This document shows, in pieces, positions 13,712 through 28,252 of a stretch of DNA of 64,000 nt; position 1 is the stretch's first letter, and every line of letters begins with the position of its first letter. The notes under the pieces are model-generated. The model was not told the origin of the DNA and did no database searches. It saw only the letters and a program-made list of their open reading frames with translations. This DNA comes from the human T2T-CHM13v2.0 reference genome, Homo sapiens. The stretch is from the NCBI RefSeq assembly GCF_009914755.1, contig NC_060933.1, one strand, 5' to 3'. Position numbers and translations under genes: made by a program.

Positions 13712-14070
13712 TAAAGGAAACCAAAAAATTTCACCCCAAAACATATTTCTTTGATGTATCTTGAGGTGGCTATTCAGAAGGCCAGCAGACAGGAATAGTG
13801 CAGAAAAGCTGACTTTCGTGGAGTAGATTTGCATCTGTGGAGAAAATCTATATAGGTGAAATAAACAGCCAGGCTTTCTCTGAGATTCCCCTTCTGCAAC
13901 ATGGTATACAGGCTTCTGAACCCCACTAAGGTATTGACAATCACTCTGTGATTCTCTTTGTGCACACTAATAAACTTGCATGCCATTTCTCCTGTTAATT
14001 TACCTTTTTTGAGTTGATTTTTCAGCAAACCTTCAGAGGGCAAAGGGGAAGCTTTTCATTGGCCTCTACA
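13712..14070 (+). mobile_element. MER93/MER39-group LTR
   Basis: aaggaaaccaaaaaatttcaccccaaaa...; 3' end ttttcagcaaaccttcagagggcaaaggggaagc...ggcctctaca. Confidence 0.7.
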
Positions 14071-14812
14071 CCTGGTTTCCACTTGATTAATTGGCCTCCT
14101 GAAACTGCCCAGCTGTTCAAAATGATTTATGCATCTATGTGGCATGGATCACTTCACTACGTCCAGTACTAACCTAAGCAATGCAGGCTCTTGCCCATTC
14201 GAGATGAGACTCTAATAAAGCATGAACATTGTCTAAGCCACCTAAAACTTTCATAGAGAAGATAGTCATTGATTTCACATATTGGTTCACAGAAAAAAAG
14301 AATGGGACCATTATGTATAATTAACCTTACCATTATTATCATCTGAGAAGTCTTTTTCTATATTTTAAAGTAAATGTCAATTTAGATAGTGAGAACTATA
14401 AACTACATTAAGTTGAAATGAAAATGCTGACCATATGTTAATAACTTCATGTTAAGGAAATATATGCACTCACTGAGAGTCTACCATTTTATGACATCAT
14501 GAGCAATTAAATATTTTGAATTATTTTTCATTTTATATATATACTATTTGCATTTTTTGGTTTGCTTATATTCTCTTTATATACAACCCTCAAAATAAAA
14601 ATAATTTGGAAAGACATGAAGAAGAAACTACCTACCACCAAGAAACTACCACCAAGATATCAAAGATAAACAGAACCAATATTTTGCTGAGCAGTCTTCC
14701 ATGTATTTACATGTCCATACACATGGACTTAGGACTAAATAAATTGTCATTAGTGGAATCACACTGAATCCTTGCTAGATCATGCTAGGCCATGAGTGCA
14801 GGACTTATATAT

Positions 14813-15374
14813 TGAGAAATAAAGAGAATCCCAAGCCCCCCACTTGACTGAACAGACTTCCTCTTGGTCAAAGGAACCAGAGGTTTTTAAGGTTTCTCTA
14901 GAGAATGGCTAACCACCATTAGGCTTTCTTCCCTAAGGGTGAAGGCAGAAACCAGCCCTTTCAAAAGTCTTGCCCAGTGATTTCAACCAACTGCCTGACA
15001 CTTGTCCTCCTTCTTGCAGCTTTAACACAGAAACTGACCAGCATTCCTTCCCAGTAAGAGACCACCCACCACAGCATGGCTCTGGCTGGTCTACAAAGGC
15101 TGTGTACTAAGTGCCTTCATATCCTCCACTTCACCTTTTGATGTACAAGGCCTAACTGAAATACATTTAAATGCTATGTCTCCACCCCAAAGTGAACATG
15201 GGACACATGTTACATACACGTTAGCCTTTCTTATTCCTCCCTCCCTGGAAACACTTATTTTCTGCTCAGTTCAGAGGTTCAGAGTTTCTGCGTCCTGCCT
15301 GCAGGTTGTGGTAACCTGCTTTAGAAATAGAGCCCTCTTCCCAAATGTATGAACCATGATGCTTCAAGTGGACA
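14813..15374 (+). mobile_element. MER66-like LTR
   Basis: tgagaaataaa...aagccccccacttgactgaacagac start; tgtctccaccccaaagtgaacatgg; ends ttcaagtggaca. Confidence 0.7.
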
Positions 15375-16049
15375 GAATGATTTATGGACTTCCATAAGCA
15401 TGTGCATGGTGGGCTCACAGTATACATTTCTGGAATCACTGAGTAAATGCTATCGACAAACTGTATTTTTTCAGATTAATATTATGTCATGGAGACATCC
15501 CAATTCATCCAGGTGGCTGGCTAAGATAATTAACAACAACACCCAACTTTTGTAATTAGAAACACCTAGAGACACTAGATAATACATAACAATTCTCCTT
15601 TCCATTCTCTGTATTTAGAGTTTGGGGTGTTGATAGCATTGCAGATATCAGAGATAAAGCCTTTGACCTTTGTGATATAATGAATGGGAATAGAGATGCC
15701 TGCAACCAGCCAGCACATAGAAAATAGGGCACATTCAAACAGTAGACTGATTTTTTTAAAGAGAGAAAGGATAGGGAACTTTGCTATTCTCTAGGTGAAA
15801 ACAGAAATTTCTCCTTAGAAATAAAGCACTATACTTATTCCTTGCAGGTATTTAGAGACTAAATATACATAATCAGCTTTGTAAGTACTTAAAATGCTTA
15901 AAATAATACATTATTATAAAGTAAGAAGTAATAATAAAGTTCACCTTTATGCATATAAAAAGCCTCAATACATATGATGTAAAAGTTGACAAAATCATGA
16001 TAAGTGAACAGATATTCCAGAGAGACAGTTTAAAATACCTCTCTCACTG

Positions 16050-16213
16050 TGGGGAGGGGACAAGTTATTTAATGGATGTAGTTTCTGTTTCACAAGATGA
16101 AAAAGTTGTGGAGACTGGTTGTGTTCTGAATGCGAATACACTTAACACTACTGAATTGTATTTAAAAATGGTTAAAATTGTCATTTTATGTTGTATTTTG
16201 CCACAATTAAATA
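16050..16213 (+). mobile_element. L1M (L1MB-like) 3' end fragment
   Basis: gatgaaaaagttgtggagactgg...cttaacactactgaattgtatttaaaaatggttaaaatt...ccacaattaaa. Confidence 0.75.
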
Positions 16214-16299
16214 ATACTTCCCTCAGATACTGGTTGAGCAATAAACCAAAAACAAAATCTCAAAATAAGGATATTTGAAAACACTATTTATGAAAATTT

Positions 16300-17640
<1,341 letters not shown>

Positions 17641-17809
17641 AAGTCAAGAACAACTGAAGTTCAGCAGAACACCCTGAAGTCAAGATTTTGTCGTGTGTGT
17701 GTGTGTGTGAGAGTGTGTGTATATTTTTTATGTTCTGAGTCTGCATATTTTATTGTATACTTTATGGACATTTTCCCATGTCATTAAGTTAAGAGAAAAG
17801 CATTGATGA

Positions 17810-18090
17810 CTCATTCAACATATATTTAGCGAGTTGTTACCATGTGCAGTATAGTTTTCTAATTACTGGAGCTAGATGAATGAACGAAATAAAAACAAAA
17901 ATCTCTGCCTTCATGAAGATTCTATTCTGGGAAAGGCAGACCATAAACAAGAAAAATATAGTATATTAGACAGTGATGAGTGTTAAGAAGCAAAGTAAAA
18001 TAGAAGGCTAAAAAGCATTGGTCGGGGGAGTGAAAATTTTGAAGTTCAATATGTGAGTAAAGTTCTAACTGAATCAATCAGCCATACATA
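17810..18090 (-). mobile_element. L2 3' end fragment
   Basis: tcattcaacatatatttagcgag...accatgtgc...aaatctctgccttcatgaag pattern. Confidence 0.6.
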
Positions 18091-18227
18091 GGAATATTGT
18101 ACAATTCAATCATCTCTCCATGGTTCAATATTTAGGTATTTCTATACTTTGACCTTGTAATAAAAGAAAGTGAAAACTCTGTCACATGTCTTTGCCAGTG
18201 TCTCCAATTATTACCTCAGAAAGGTTT

Positions 18228-18310
18228 CTTTTTTTTTTTTAATCTTTTTAATTTTTTTCTTGAGACAGTCTTACTCTTGTCGACCAGTCTGTAATGCAGT
18301 GGCATGATCT
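18228..18310 (-). mobile_element. Severely 5'-truncated Alu (3' end only)
   Basis: Poly-T followed by gagacagtcttactcttgtcgaccagtctgtaatgcagtggcatgatct. Confidence 0.75.
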
Positions 18311-19336
18311 GAAGGAAGTTGCCAATGACAATAAGACAGTTCACTCAAATGTTACCTCTAGAGGCAGACAGTAATTCCTGCCACAAATATATTTTAAAAT
18401 CCTAAATTTATTGTTAAAGATCTGGTAATGGTTAGTACAGTAACAGAGATGGAAGGGGAAAGAAACATATCAATGAGAAGAGATGTTTTTCTATAAACAA
18501 TATAGACAAAGAGAATCAAATGTTCTGTTACATTAGACATCACAGCCACTCATGTAATCTCAATGTATGGTTCTATACGGAAAGAGCAGCTGATTTCGGA
18601 AAACACATCCCCCCAAAAAGCTGTCTAAAGCAGTAGAAAGGAAATCTTTGAGCCACCAAGTTGTAAACTGAAGAGCTCCCCAAAGGCTCATGACATACGA
18701 TACTGTATCTGGTCCTAAGTCCAGCAGCTTGCCACCTAAAAGCCAGAGTCAAGAGACATGGATGGGTGGAAGGAAAAAATGGTTTTAATCAAGGTGTGAG
18801 AGCGGCAGGAAGGAAGATAAAGAGAGTGGATGACTGAAGTATATTTTAAAAACTGAGGTCCTTAGTTACAATACCGTTGAGAGTGTGGGGGAATAAGGCT
18901 GGAGGGATGACCAGCTTCAAAGGAGGCTGCTCACAGGGTTCCCTATGTGAGCGCTGCAATCTGCAGTTATGTAACTTGGAGGATTAAGTGGGGCTGGAAA
19001 CAGGATTTATTGAATGTCTGTTTTAGTGTTTTAGGAGTGGTTGAAGACGGCCCCACATGTCCATTTCTGTAGAAAGGACAAAATGTTCATTTTCCGTAGA
19101 GGATAAAACAGAGAGTCTCTGGACTGGAGACCACTGAGACCAATTGAGGAAAGGGTACAATATTGAAAACAAAGCACACACTGAAAATTGAGATTCCCAG
19201 CTTTTCTCATTTCTAGCTTTTAGGATGCTGACAACAGGGCTTCCTTCCTCCAAAAAGAGAAAAAAATAAATCAATAAATATTCATCTGTGGGGATTAGAC
19301 CAGGTCAGTAAAGATAAGCCAAAAAATCCTGACATT

Positions 19337-19633
<297 letters not shown>

Positions 19634-20426
19634 TTAGGCATTTCCCCCAAAAATAGATCTAACAGCAAAATAATGGTCCTAGTGGTGAGTTTCTAACACT
19701 AAATAACTAGAGGGATTTCAGGGCAAGCATGTGGGGCTTTGACTAGTAAGTAAAGACTAGTAAGTAAACCCTGGATTTAAATCACAATGTGAGTTCTGGA
19801 GAGCTCTGAGCAGTGGAGAGATGGAAGGGGCTTCATGGGAGACTCATCCAGCCAGGAAAGAGAACTTTAGAAGGTTGAGCCTGAAAGCAGGGAGCTCACT
19901 GTGGAGGTGAGAGGGGTTGGGGGTCGGGGGGGGCAGGGGGGAGGGAGGGGAGGTTGGCATTCAGTCCACAGGGCCCCTGGGTTTTTCTGAACCTAGAGAC
20001 TTCCTAAAATATTTAGTATTCCTGGGATTAATGTCTATTACCTATTTTCTGAATGGCATGCTTTGTAGTTCTTCTTATAGGAAAGTTCTTGTTCATTATA
20101 AGACAATTACGAACTTCCTGAAACTCTAAAGAAAGCTGAATGTTGCAAAGTAAGCTCACGGCTGAAAATACTCTTCCATTTTCAACAACCTTGTTACAAA
20201 ACTCGGCAAAGAGCAGACTCTTAGTGAACACACAAAGGGGACCTGAATCAGGAGAAGCTCAGGCTCTCCCAGGAGCTCCCCTAAAGGGTTTAGGTCTCAG
20301 AGGAGCTTCCACAAAATGGAGTTCTCCTGGAAACAATCACTGACTAGTTGTTTTCTCTTAAAATATCAATTTCCTAACAGTAAGAGAAAAATTAAAACAC
20401 ATTTAAATTATATAGAGTTTATTTGA

Positions 20427-20931
<505 letters not shown>

Positions 20932-21964
20932 TGAAATTCATGCTTTTCATTTAAATTGTCAAATTTCTTGCCTTCAAGTTGTTCAGCATACATATTATTA
21001 TAATCCTTGTAGTATCTCTAGGGTCTATAATAATGTCCCATTTTATATTCTTGATATTGGTGATGTTTTCCTTTTGCTAGGTGTTTTGCAGTTTTTAATA
21101 ATCTTTTCAAAGCATCAGCTTTTGGCAGCACAGATTTTATTATTGGTCTGTGTTCCATTTCATTGGTTTTCATTTTATTTTTAATTTTTTCTATTTACTT
21201 TTGATGCTTAATATTTTATTTTCAAAGAGTTAAAATTTTATAAAAATCAAAGGTGCATATAAGGCTTTGACTTTAACAAATTAAAGCAAAATGAGATTTT
21301 TACAACTTCTTCAATGTTAATTTAGTAATAAAATGTTTTTTATTAGCCAAAATATTTCTGCTTTTTCCAAGATGAATGATTTCCCAATGAAGGAGCTTTG
21401 ATTCTAAGAAATTGTTCTTGTCTCTTCTTGACTAAGATTTTTAAATGATGAAATGAAGCACCATTCTTTAAATGTCTCATGTAATATTTGCTATAGACTG
21501 CTGATAATCTTTTAAAGCAGCTAAGGATGTTAAAATGCTGCCTTTGAGGTAACCAGCCATTTTACAGGTAATGTGATACTATTTGGTGTTTTAAAGATGT
21601 TAAAATTAATTTCAGTCCTTGAAAATATGTATATAGATACGTATATAATTTACATGAGAAAATAGCCTTGGTATTTCAAGAGGAAATACAAATTGTTGTG
21701 CCAAACTGTGCTGGGTTTATTATCTATATTCGAGTTATGAATTCATATTATTAAGGTCTTTTAATTCAAGAGATGAAGAAATAGTTTAAATATTTCACTC
21801 CAAGTGAATGGTCTGTCTCTTAGATGGTTAAAGAAATAGAATAGTTCTTCTCTACTTTTTATCATAGTGACTAATACTAGCAAAGCACTTCAGTCCTTCT
21901 CTAGGAAAATCACCTTGTTTTTCTACATGATTTGTCTCTCAGTTACGCACATGTTCTATTTCCC

Positions 21965-22114
21965 GGGCAGGGGTGGAAGGGGAGTTGCTCTGGAGAGACT
22001 CTGGTCTCACGGCAGACCCCGTGAGCAAGAAATAAACTTAGAGGAGGCCAGCCACTGAGATTTGGAGGGTTTATTTGCCATTACCGCACAGCCCATCTTA
22101 TCCTGGAAAATGTA
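21965..22114 (+). mobile_element. MLT1-type LTR 3' fragment
   Basis: gtgagcaagaaataaactt...gccactgagatttggagggttt...ccgcacagcccatcttatcctgg. Confidence 0.45.
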
Positions 22115-23778
22115 CCACATGAACACAAACATAAAAAACAAGACATTTTGTATTTTAAAAATATAACTCAAATTAAAAACAACAAGCTTTTATAACCTGA
22201 TGTGAGTATAATCATTTGCAAATATTACTGGAGATTGTGCCAGTGGCTGTAGTTGGGATGAGGGTCACAGTGCTGCAGAAATATGACCTGGACCTTGGGT
22301 CAGGAGAAATCTTTGGCCCTAAGACTCTTGGCCATCAGAGGCAACTGCAAAATCAAAGTGCACCAAATACTCCCATTCCTGCTGCACTTTGTGATGAGCT
22401 ATAGAAATTCAGAAAATGCCAGCCACCCAGGATGTTGGTTGGACCTTTGCCTTCAGAAGGTTTGCCCATCTGGGTCATCATAGAGGAGATGGTGGCTGGA
22501 CCGAGGCTCTGATAATCTGCTCCTAATGTTCATCTTTCTAGTGCAATGCCCATTCATCAGGACAAAGAGAGAAGGAGCCCTTTACTGCCTCTCCCTCCTG
22601 AGGGCTGCGGGCTGTTAGGGCTGGCCTCCATCCTCAATGCGGTGTGCAGGTTATTGTGGATGATCATCTTGGTACTGGGCCTCTCCTGCCTGCTGGGTCA
22701 GGCTTGGTGGATAAAGAGACTGGCTCACCACTGCAAGAGTCTTCTGGGCTGACATATGGTGAGTGAGGCATTTGATGGGTGCAATTCTGGTCTGCGGGAT
22801 TTATTGCCATAAGTTGGTCAGTGCTGCCTGGTGGTGAAGTGAAGCCATCCTTTGATGGCTTCATCCATTGCAGACATGATATTCTGTATCTTCTCTGGTG
22901 CTGACCCTCTTCATACCCTGCAACAAGTTCCAGAAGTGGAAACAGTAAAACATCTGCCTCTCTGTCACCACGTTTTTCTCTGTGATCATCTGAAGAGACT
23001 GTATGACATGAGCCTCTTCATCAGAGCTGAGCTGAGACAGGGAGACCTGTGAGGTCACCGCATTGTGCCCATCTTCCTATCATTAATGGGCAGGACTTTC
23101 TCATCTCCCTTTTTGTCTTCCATGTCTTCTTCAGTTTTCAGTGAGCCATCATTCCATCCTGCTGGCAAACACCCAGGAATGGAGGATATGGAGTTAGAAG
23201 AGTCAGTGCATGAACAGCAAGACCTTCCAGATGCATGAGCACAACGCAGCTCTCTGAATGGCACGATTTCCCTAAGGCGCTTTGGGAAAACTTACCTGAT
23301 TCTCCTCTTAGAAGAAACAGGTATCGGCCAACTGGGATAGTGGTGGTGCTCCACGATGAGACTATCCCAAATGCTACATCAAGTTACACTGGAAACAGCT
23401 CCAGTGAAAGACTTTAGCTCCATAAGGAGAACTTATTAGTGGGATACATAGCATGGTTCTTCCCTGGGAGTCTCTAACCTGGTCACCCCATTCGCACATT
23501 TAAAATTAGTTTACTAAAGACTGTGGGAATAAACCTTAGAAAACCAGTAGGTGCAGGAGAGGGGCTAAGGAAAGGGAGTTAGTTAAGGGTAAAAGAAACA
23601 ATCATTTGGACTCTCTCACACGCATTCTATTTCCTGGTTTTATCTTTTTTGGTGATGAAATCAATGATAGCTGAATAAGGCTCATGGCTGGAGGCTTGAA
23701 ATTCTAGATAAGAAATTTCATGCCAATTTTAGTACAACTGGATAGAAACACTAACACCAGGTGCCTCAAACTTCACCT

Positions 23779-23783
23779 ACACA

Positions 23784-23813
<30 letters not shown>
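23779..23813. repeat. (CA)n microsatellite
   Basis: acacacacacatacacacacacacacacacacac. Confidence 0.95.
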
Positions 23814-23814
<1 letters not shown>

Positions 23815-25679
23815 CAACTAGCTTACAATCCTTGCAACTAAAGCAAATCCAATTGCAGACAGTGCTGGACTCGCTGGAAAAGAGCTGGTGATTGTTTCTC
23901 CACTGGGTGTCAGAAAGAAGCAAATTTGCAGCCTTTGGGCTGGGCTGCTATTGGTTGATGGGTGTGGAGTCCCCTCCCAGGTCTCCTTTAGAAAAGCTTT
24001 GGATTCCAGGTATCACCTCGGACAGCATTTCTTCATAGAGGATGCTGTGGTTCCTTCTTACCTGATCACCTGTGGTAAGAAAGCCAAAGACTCCACCCTC
24101 TTCACCCCAGAACAGCCATAGAAATTCTCTGAGGCAGCAGGCTGACATTTCTAGTTAGCAGTTGCTTCTGCTTTGACTCAAGAAAGGTAAGTATTTCACT
24201 AGAGCTTATATTAGAAAATCTGGAGTTTGGAATTTTCTTGCTTTTCTTTCAGGGATGTGAGCACATACTACAGGAGAGCTGGCTTTGAAGCCTCTTAGGT
24301 TTGTTTTCGTACTCAGACCAAGCTGGGTCCCCTGAGCACTTTTGCATTGCTGGTAAGGAAGGCGAGCGCAAGCCTCTCTCTCACACACAGGTGGACTTCA
24401 TTGTGATGCTATAGAAATCTCCTAAAGGACGTAGTGGCAGGACATACCCAGTGTAGTAACACTACCCTTCACATTGGTCATTTTGGTATAATTTCGAAAC
24501 TCATACTAGTGTATTTAAGGCATTTTATAGTTATCAAGCAAATTTTACACTTTAATGCTAATAAATAATTTATCCTTCAAAATCTTATGTATACATGGGA
24601 TAGATTAAATATGTAAGAAAGCATGATATATGTATGCTGATCAACTATAATTAATCAGCACGTCTGACTAGACCTGAATATAGATAACCACTCATTTCAG
24701 CCATGAAGCTCCAGGTGGAGTAGAATTATGTGAAGAGCTTGCAGAAAAAGGATTTTGTTTGTTCAAATTCCTCTATTCAGCCAGATGCCAGCATTCATCT
24801 TGCATGCACGGTCTGGTCTTACTTTCATGGTTTTTGTCATGCCCTCCAGCCATCTTATCTGAGGGCGCTCTGGTGTTTCTTCCACCCTCAAGGCACGGTC
24901 ATGGACCCAGGTCAGGGCAAACTATAGCCTGCACATTCATAGCCATGTCCTTATCTGCATCATGGCCACCTTCACATAACACGAGTTAGGACACCTCTGC
25001 ATTTCTGTAATAACAGATCTCCCAGAACCCTCATTTTCTGGGCTTATACAGGTTGTTTAATATCCATCAAGTTAATTGAGTGAAATCAACTTTGACAACA
25101 GCCTTTGTCATCCATAGTGAGAGATAACTCAAGAGATACCATGTTTGATTTGGGTCCTTCCAGTTAAATTTCATTTTTACTTAAAAGCATGTGAAAGTAC
25201 TGGTTCATTTAACAAAAGTATCATCAACTAGTTTCCCCTGATCTCTCCAGGGCACCCAGATCCCAGGGCAGGGTCCTGCTCCCTTCCTTCTCTCCCCACC
25301 TACGGAGGCGCTCTCCTTTCCTTCTCCCTCTGCCTGGGGAGCTAGCCTGAGCACCACACTGAACTCCATCAGACCCCAAGAAAGAAACCAAGAATGGCAA
25401 CTGAAATTTGTCATGCTTGAAGCAGCACCTCCTGGAAGACCTATGAGTTTTGCTCAAGAAACTTTTGGGAACCAATAAAACTAAACTATAGTGATGAATA
25501 TATATACATATTTTTTGAGCGGGATAACATTGCCAGGAAACTTGAATGTTACTCTTCAAGTATGGGATGTAGGGGGTGCGTACAATACGCGGCAAGAAGG
25601 TGGATGCATTTATCTATGGACCACAGAGAATCCTCTTGTTACAAATTAGCAAAGCTTGGAGAATTTAAAAGATTGGTAC

Positions 25680-25978
25680 GGCCAGGCGCGGTGGCTCATG
25701 TCTGTCATCCCAGCACTTTGGTAGGCCGAGGCGGGCGGATCACGAGGTCAGGAGATCGAGACCATTCTGGCGAACACGGTGAAACCCTGTCTCTACTAAA
25801 AATACAAAAAAAAAAATTAGCCGGGCGTGGTGGCCGGGGCCTGTAGTCCCAGCTACTCGGGAGGCTGAGGCAGGAGAATGGTGTGAACCCCGGGAGGCGG
25901 AGCTTGCAGTGGGCCGAGATCGCGCCACTGCACTCCAGCCTGGGCGACAGCGAGACTCCATCTCAAAAAAAAAAAAAA
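25680..25978 (+). mobile_element. AluY
   Basis: CpG-rich AluY; TSD aaaagattggtac/aaaagatgtgtac. Confidence 0.96.
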
Positions 25979-27941
25979 AAAAGATGTGTACATTGTACCG
26001 AAGAAAGGGAGCGAAGAGTCAGAAGCTTTGCTACTGGTTGCCTTGGTGAGCAATAAAATTTATTTGGAGCACATGGAAACAGTAAAACCTGAAAAACACT
26101 TATGGTTTTGCCAGGAAAATGGTTTTAGTAGCCACTTTATCTCAGCCAAAACAGGAGACTGTCTTCCTGTATTTTCAGAAAGTTGCTAATGAAATCCTTG
26201 GACTCAAATTAAACAAAGCAGAAAAATAGAAGAGTCAGAGAGTGGTGAAGGCAGGTATTGGAAACTACAATCAGGCCCCCAGAACGGTGACTCTTCCTAC
26301 AAGCTCTATGTCTGCATCCGTGAGGGCATTTATTTTTAACTAATAGTTCTGGCTGCACCTCACCTCTGCGTGGGCCTGAGCATGTTTGGAAACTTGTTTT
26401 GCACGCAGCCATCTCTGTAGTTCAGTTAACACTTTCCTAGCTCACTTCATCATCAAGTGTTGCCTCACAGGCCAAAGGCAGCTCCTTGGACTGGTAAGAA
26501 TTCAATTTGGGGACCACAGTCTTTGAGTTCAAAATGGAAAGCTCATTCTCTGGAATTAGGCTGCTTCATCCAAAAAGAATACTGGCTCTCTTTGTATCCT
26601 CCCCTCTTTTCTCCTTCATGTAAATACACAAAATATTGAATGGCTGCATGAAAGATGAAAAGTGTCCGAGTCTTCATCATCAGCCAGGATTTTGCTACAG
26701 CAGCTTCATTGTCCTACCTGAACTTGTACATGGCAAATCATACTTCAGAATGCAAGCATTTAAACACAGAATATATTTTACCTACAGAAGGTCCTTTGCC
26801 ATTTTGAGTGAAAATATATAAACCTATGTCTAACTGAAAATGCTTGAAATAAAGTTGTAATCAAATTTCTTTTATTTTTTTAAAAAGAGCCTAAATTGTT
26901 TACGTCATAGCTTGTAAAAATAGTATCAGATATTGTATTTTTACTATTGTATGATGGTCACTATGTACTATGTAACATTCAGGTTAAATAGCTTTATGAA
27001 TTTTGATAAATGTTCCTCTGTAGCTCCACATGTAATTTCTCTTGCAAACTGTATAAGAATACTCCTAGAATGAGTTATGACAGATCGTTGGATCATTGTG
27101 GATCAGACCATACCTGATGTTCAGATATTTTTTCTTCCACAAATACATTTATTTAAATGACTTTTTAAAAGTGACATAAACTAATTGGGCACACTGTAAT
27201 TATCTCAGGCACCACTGCCTGAGAACTGATGTTTCTGCTGCTTTTCCCTTATCTTGACCTATTCTTCATGGTTACATGATAGTCATACACAGTATATGCC
27301 CTTGTTCATCTATAATTCAAGTGTATTCCTTTCTCTGGGCTAACATGGTTATTATTTTCTTTCCATTTGTTTTCAGAAAACAAATTTTATTTCATTACAA
27401 TGAACTGAGCATGTTTATTTATTTTAATAAGTTGTCCCTGTATAATTTTATTGTGCTACCTTTTTTATTATCCATGTCTTCAGAAAATATTATTTATTTA
27501 AGAAAGATACTCATAATACTGATGTATCATTATATTAATCTTTTTTGTAATCCAATCATTTTCTTTTATATTTCTTAAATAAACTACACTAGAATTATGT
27601 CACAAGTAAAGTTTTGTAGATCACCATCTTCTTACTGTTACTTTGTAACTGGGGAATTCTGAAATAACAATATTATTGTAGCTTATATTATTTTTCTGTT
27701 AATCAAAGATACATTTAATTAATTAGAATTTTTTCCTTTTTGTACTCAGCTTCTACCACTCTTCTATTTTGCATTAGAGAGTTCTTAAAGAAAGCTGTTG
27801 ATTGGATATAGTAAATAATTTAAAAATCAATGTTTAATATATAAAGTTTTTCTTACTAAAAAAAATCACCCAATTAAAAGTGGGCTAAAGATGGGAATGG
27901 ACATTTTGCAGAAATAAATAAACCACAAATGACCCATAAAA

Positions 27942-28252
27942 TTTTTTTTTTTTTTTGAGACCGAGTGTCACTCTGTCACCCAGGCTGGAGTACAGTGGCA
28001 CAAGTTCGGCTTACTGCAACCTCCACCTCCCAGGTTCAAGCAATTCTCATGCCTCAGGCTCTCGAGTAGCTAGGACTACAGGCACACACCACCACACCTG
28101 GCTAATTTTTGTTTCTGTTTTTGTTTTTGTTTTTAGTAGAGACAGGGGTTCCACCATGTCAGCCAGGCTGGTCTTGAACTGACCTCAAGTGATCCGCTGG
28201 CCTCGGCCTCCCAAAGTGCTGGGATTACGAGCGTGAGCCATCAGACCTGGCC
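27942..28252 (-). mobile_element. Alu (old AluS) abutting the 3' end of the RBPJ retrocopy
   Basis: Antisense Alu; TSD gacccataaa (27931-27940)/gacctataaa (28253-28262). Confidence 0.95.

Noticed and set aside
18228-18330. Abruptly ending Alu as a rearrangement breakpoint
   Set aside because: The flanking old L1 text appears to continue on both sides, so simple 5' truncation is sufficient.
19741-19768. Small tandem duplications (gactagtaagtaaa x2; similar ones at ~14620, ~38485, ~57120, ~58986-59071)
   Set aside because: Ordinary slippage products with two or three copies and no spacer structure; not CRISPR-like.
22840-22863. 10-bp perfect hairpin tgaagccatc-cttt-gatggcttca
   Set aside because: Short enough to arise by chance in 64 kb; does not match the histone stem-loop or IRE consensus.
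22861-23058. Faint resemblance of the ORF to ribosomal protein S10
   Set aside because: Only scattered residues match; no conserved motif.
26780-27830. AT-rich 3' UTR-like stretch with AATAAA
   Set aside because: Outside the RBPJ TSDs, no parent gene recognised, and AATAAA is frequent in AT-rich DNA.
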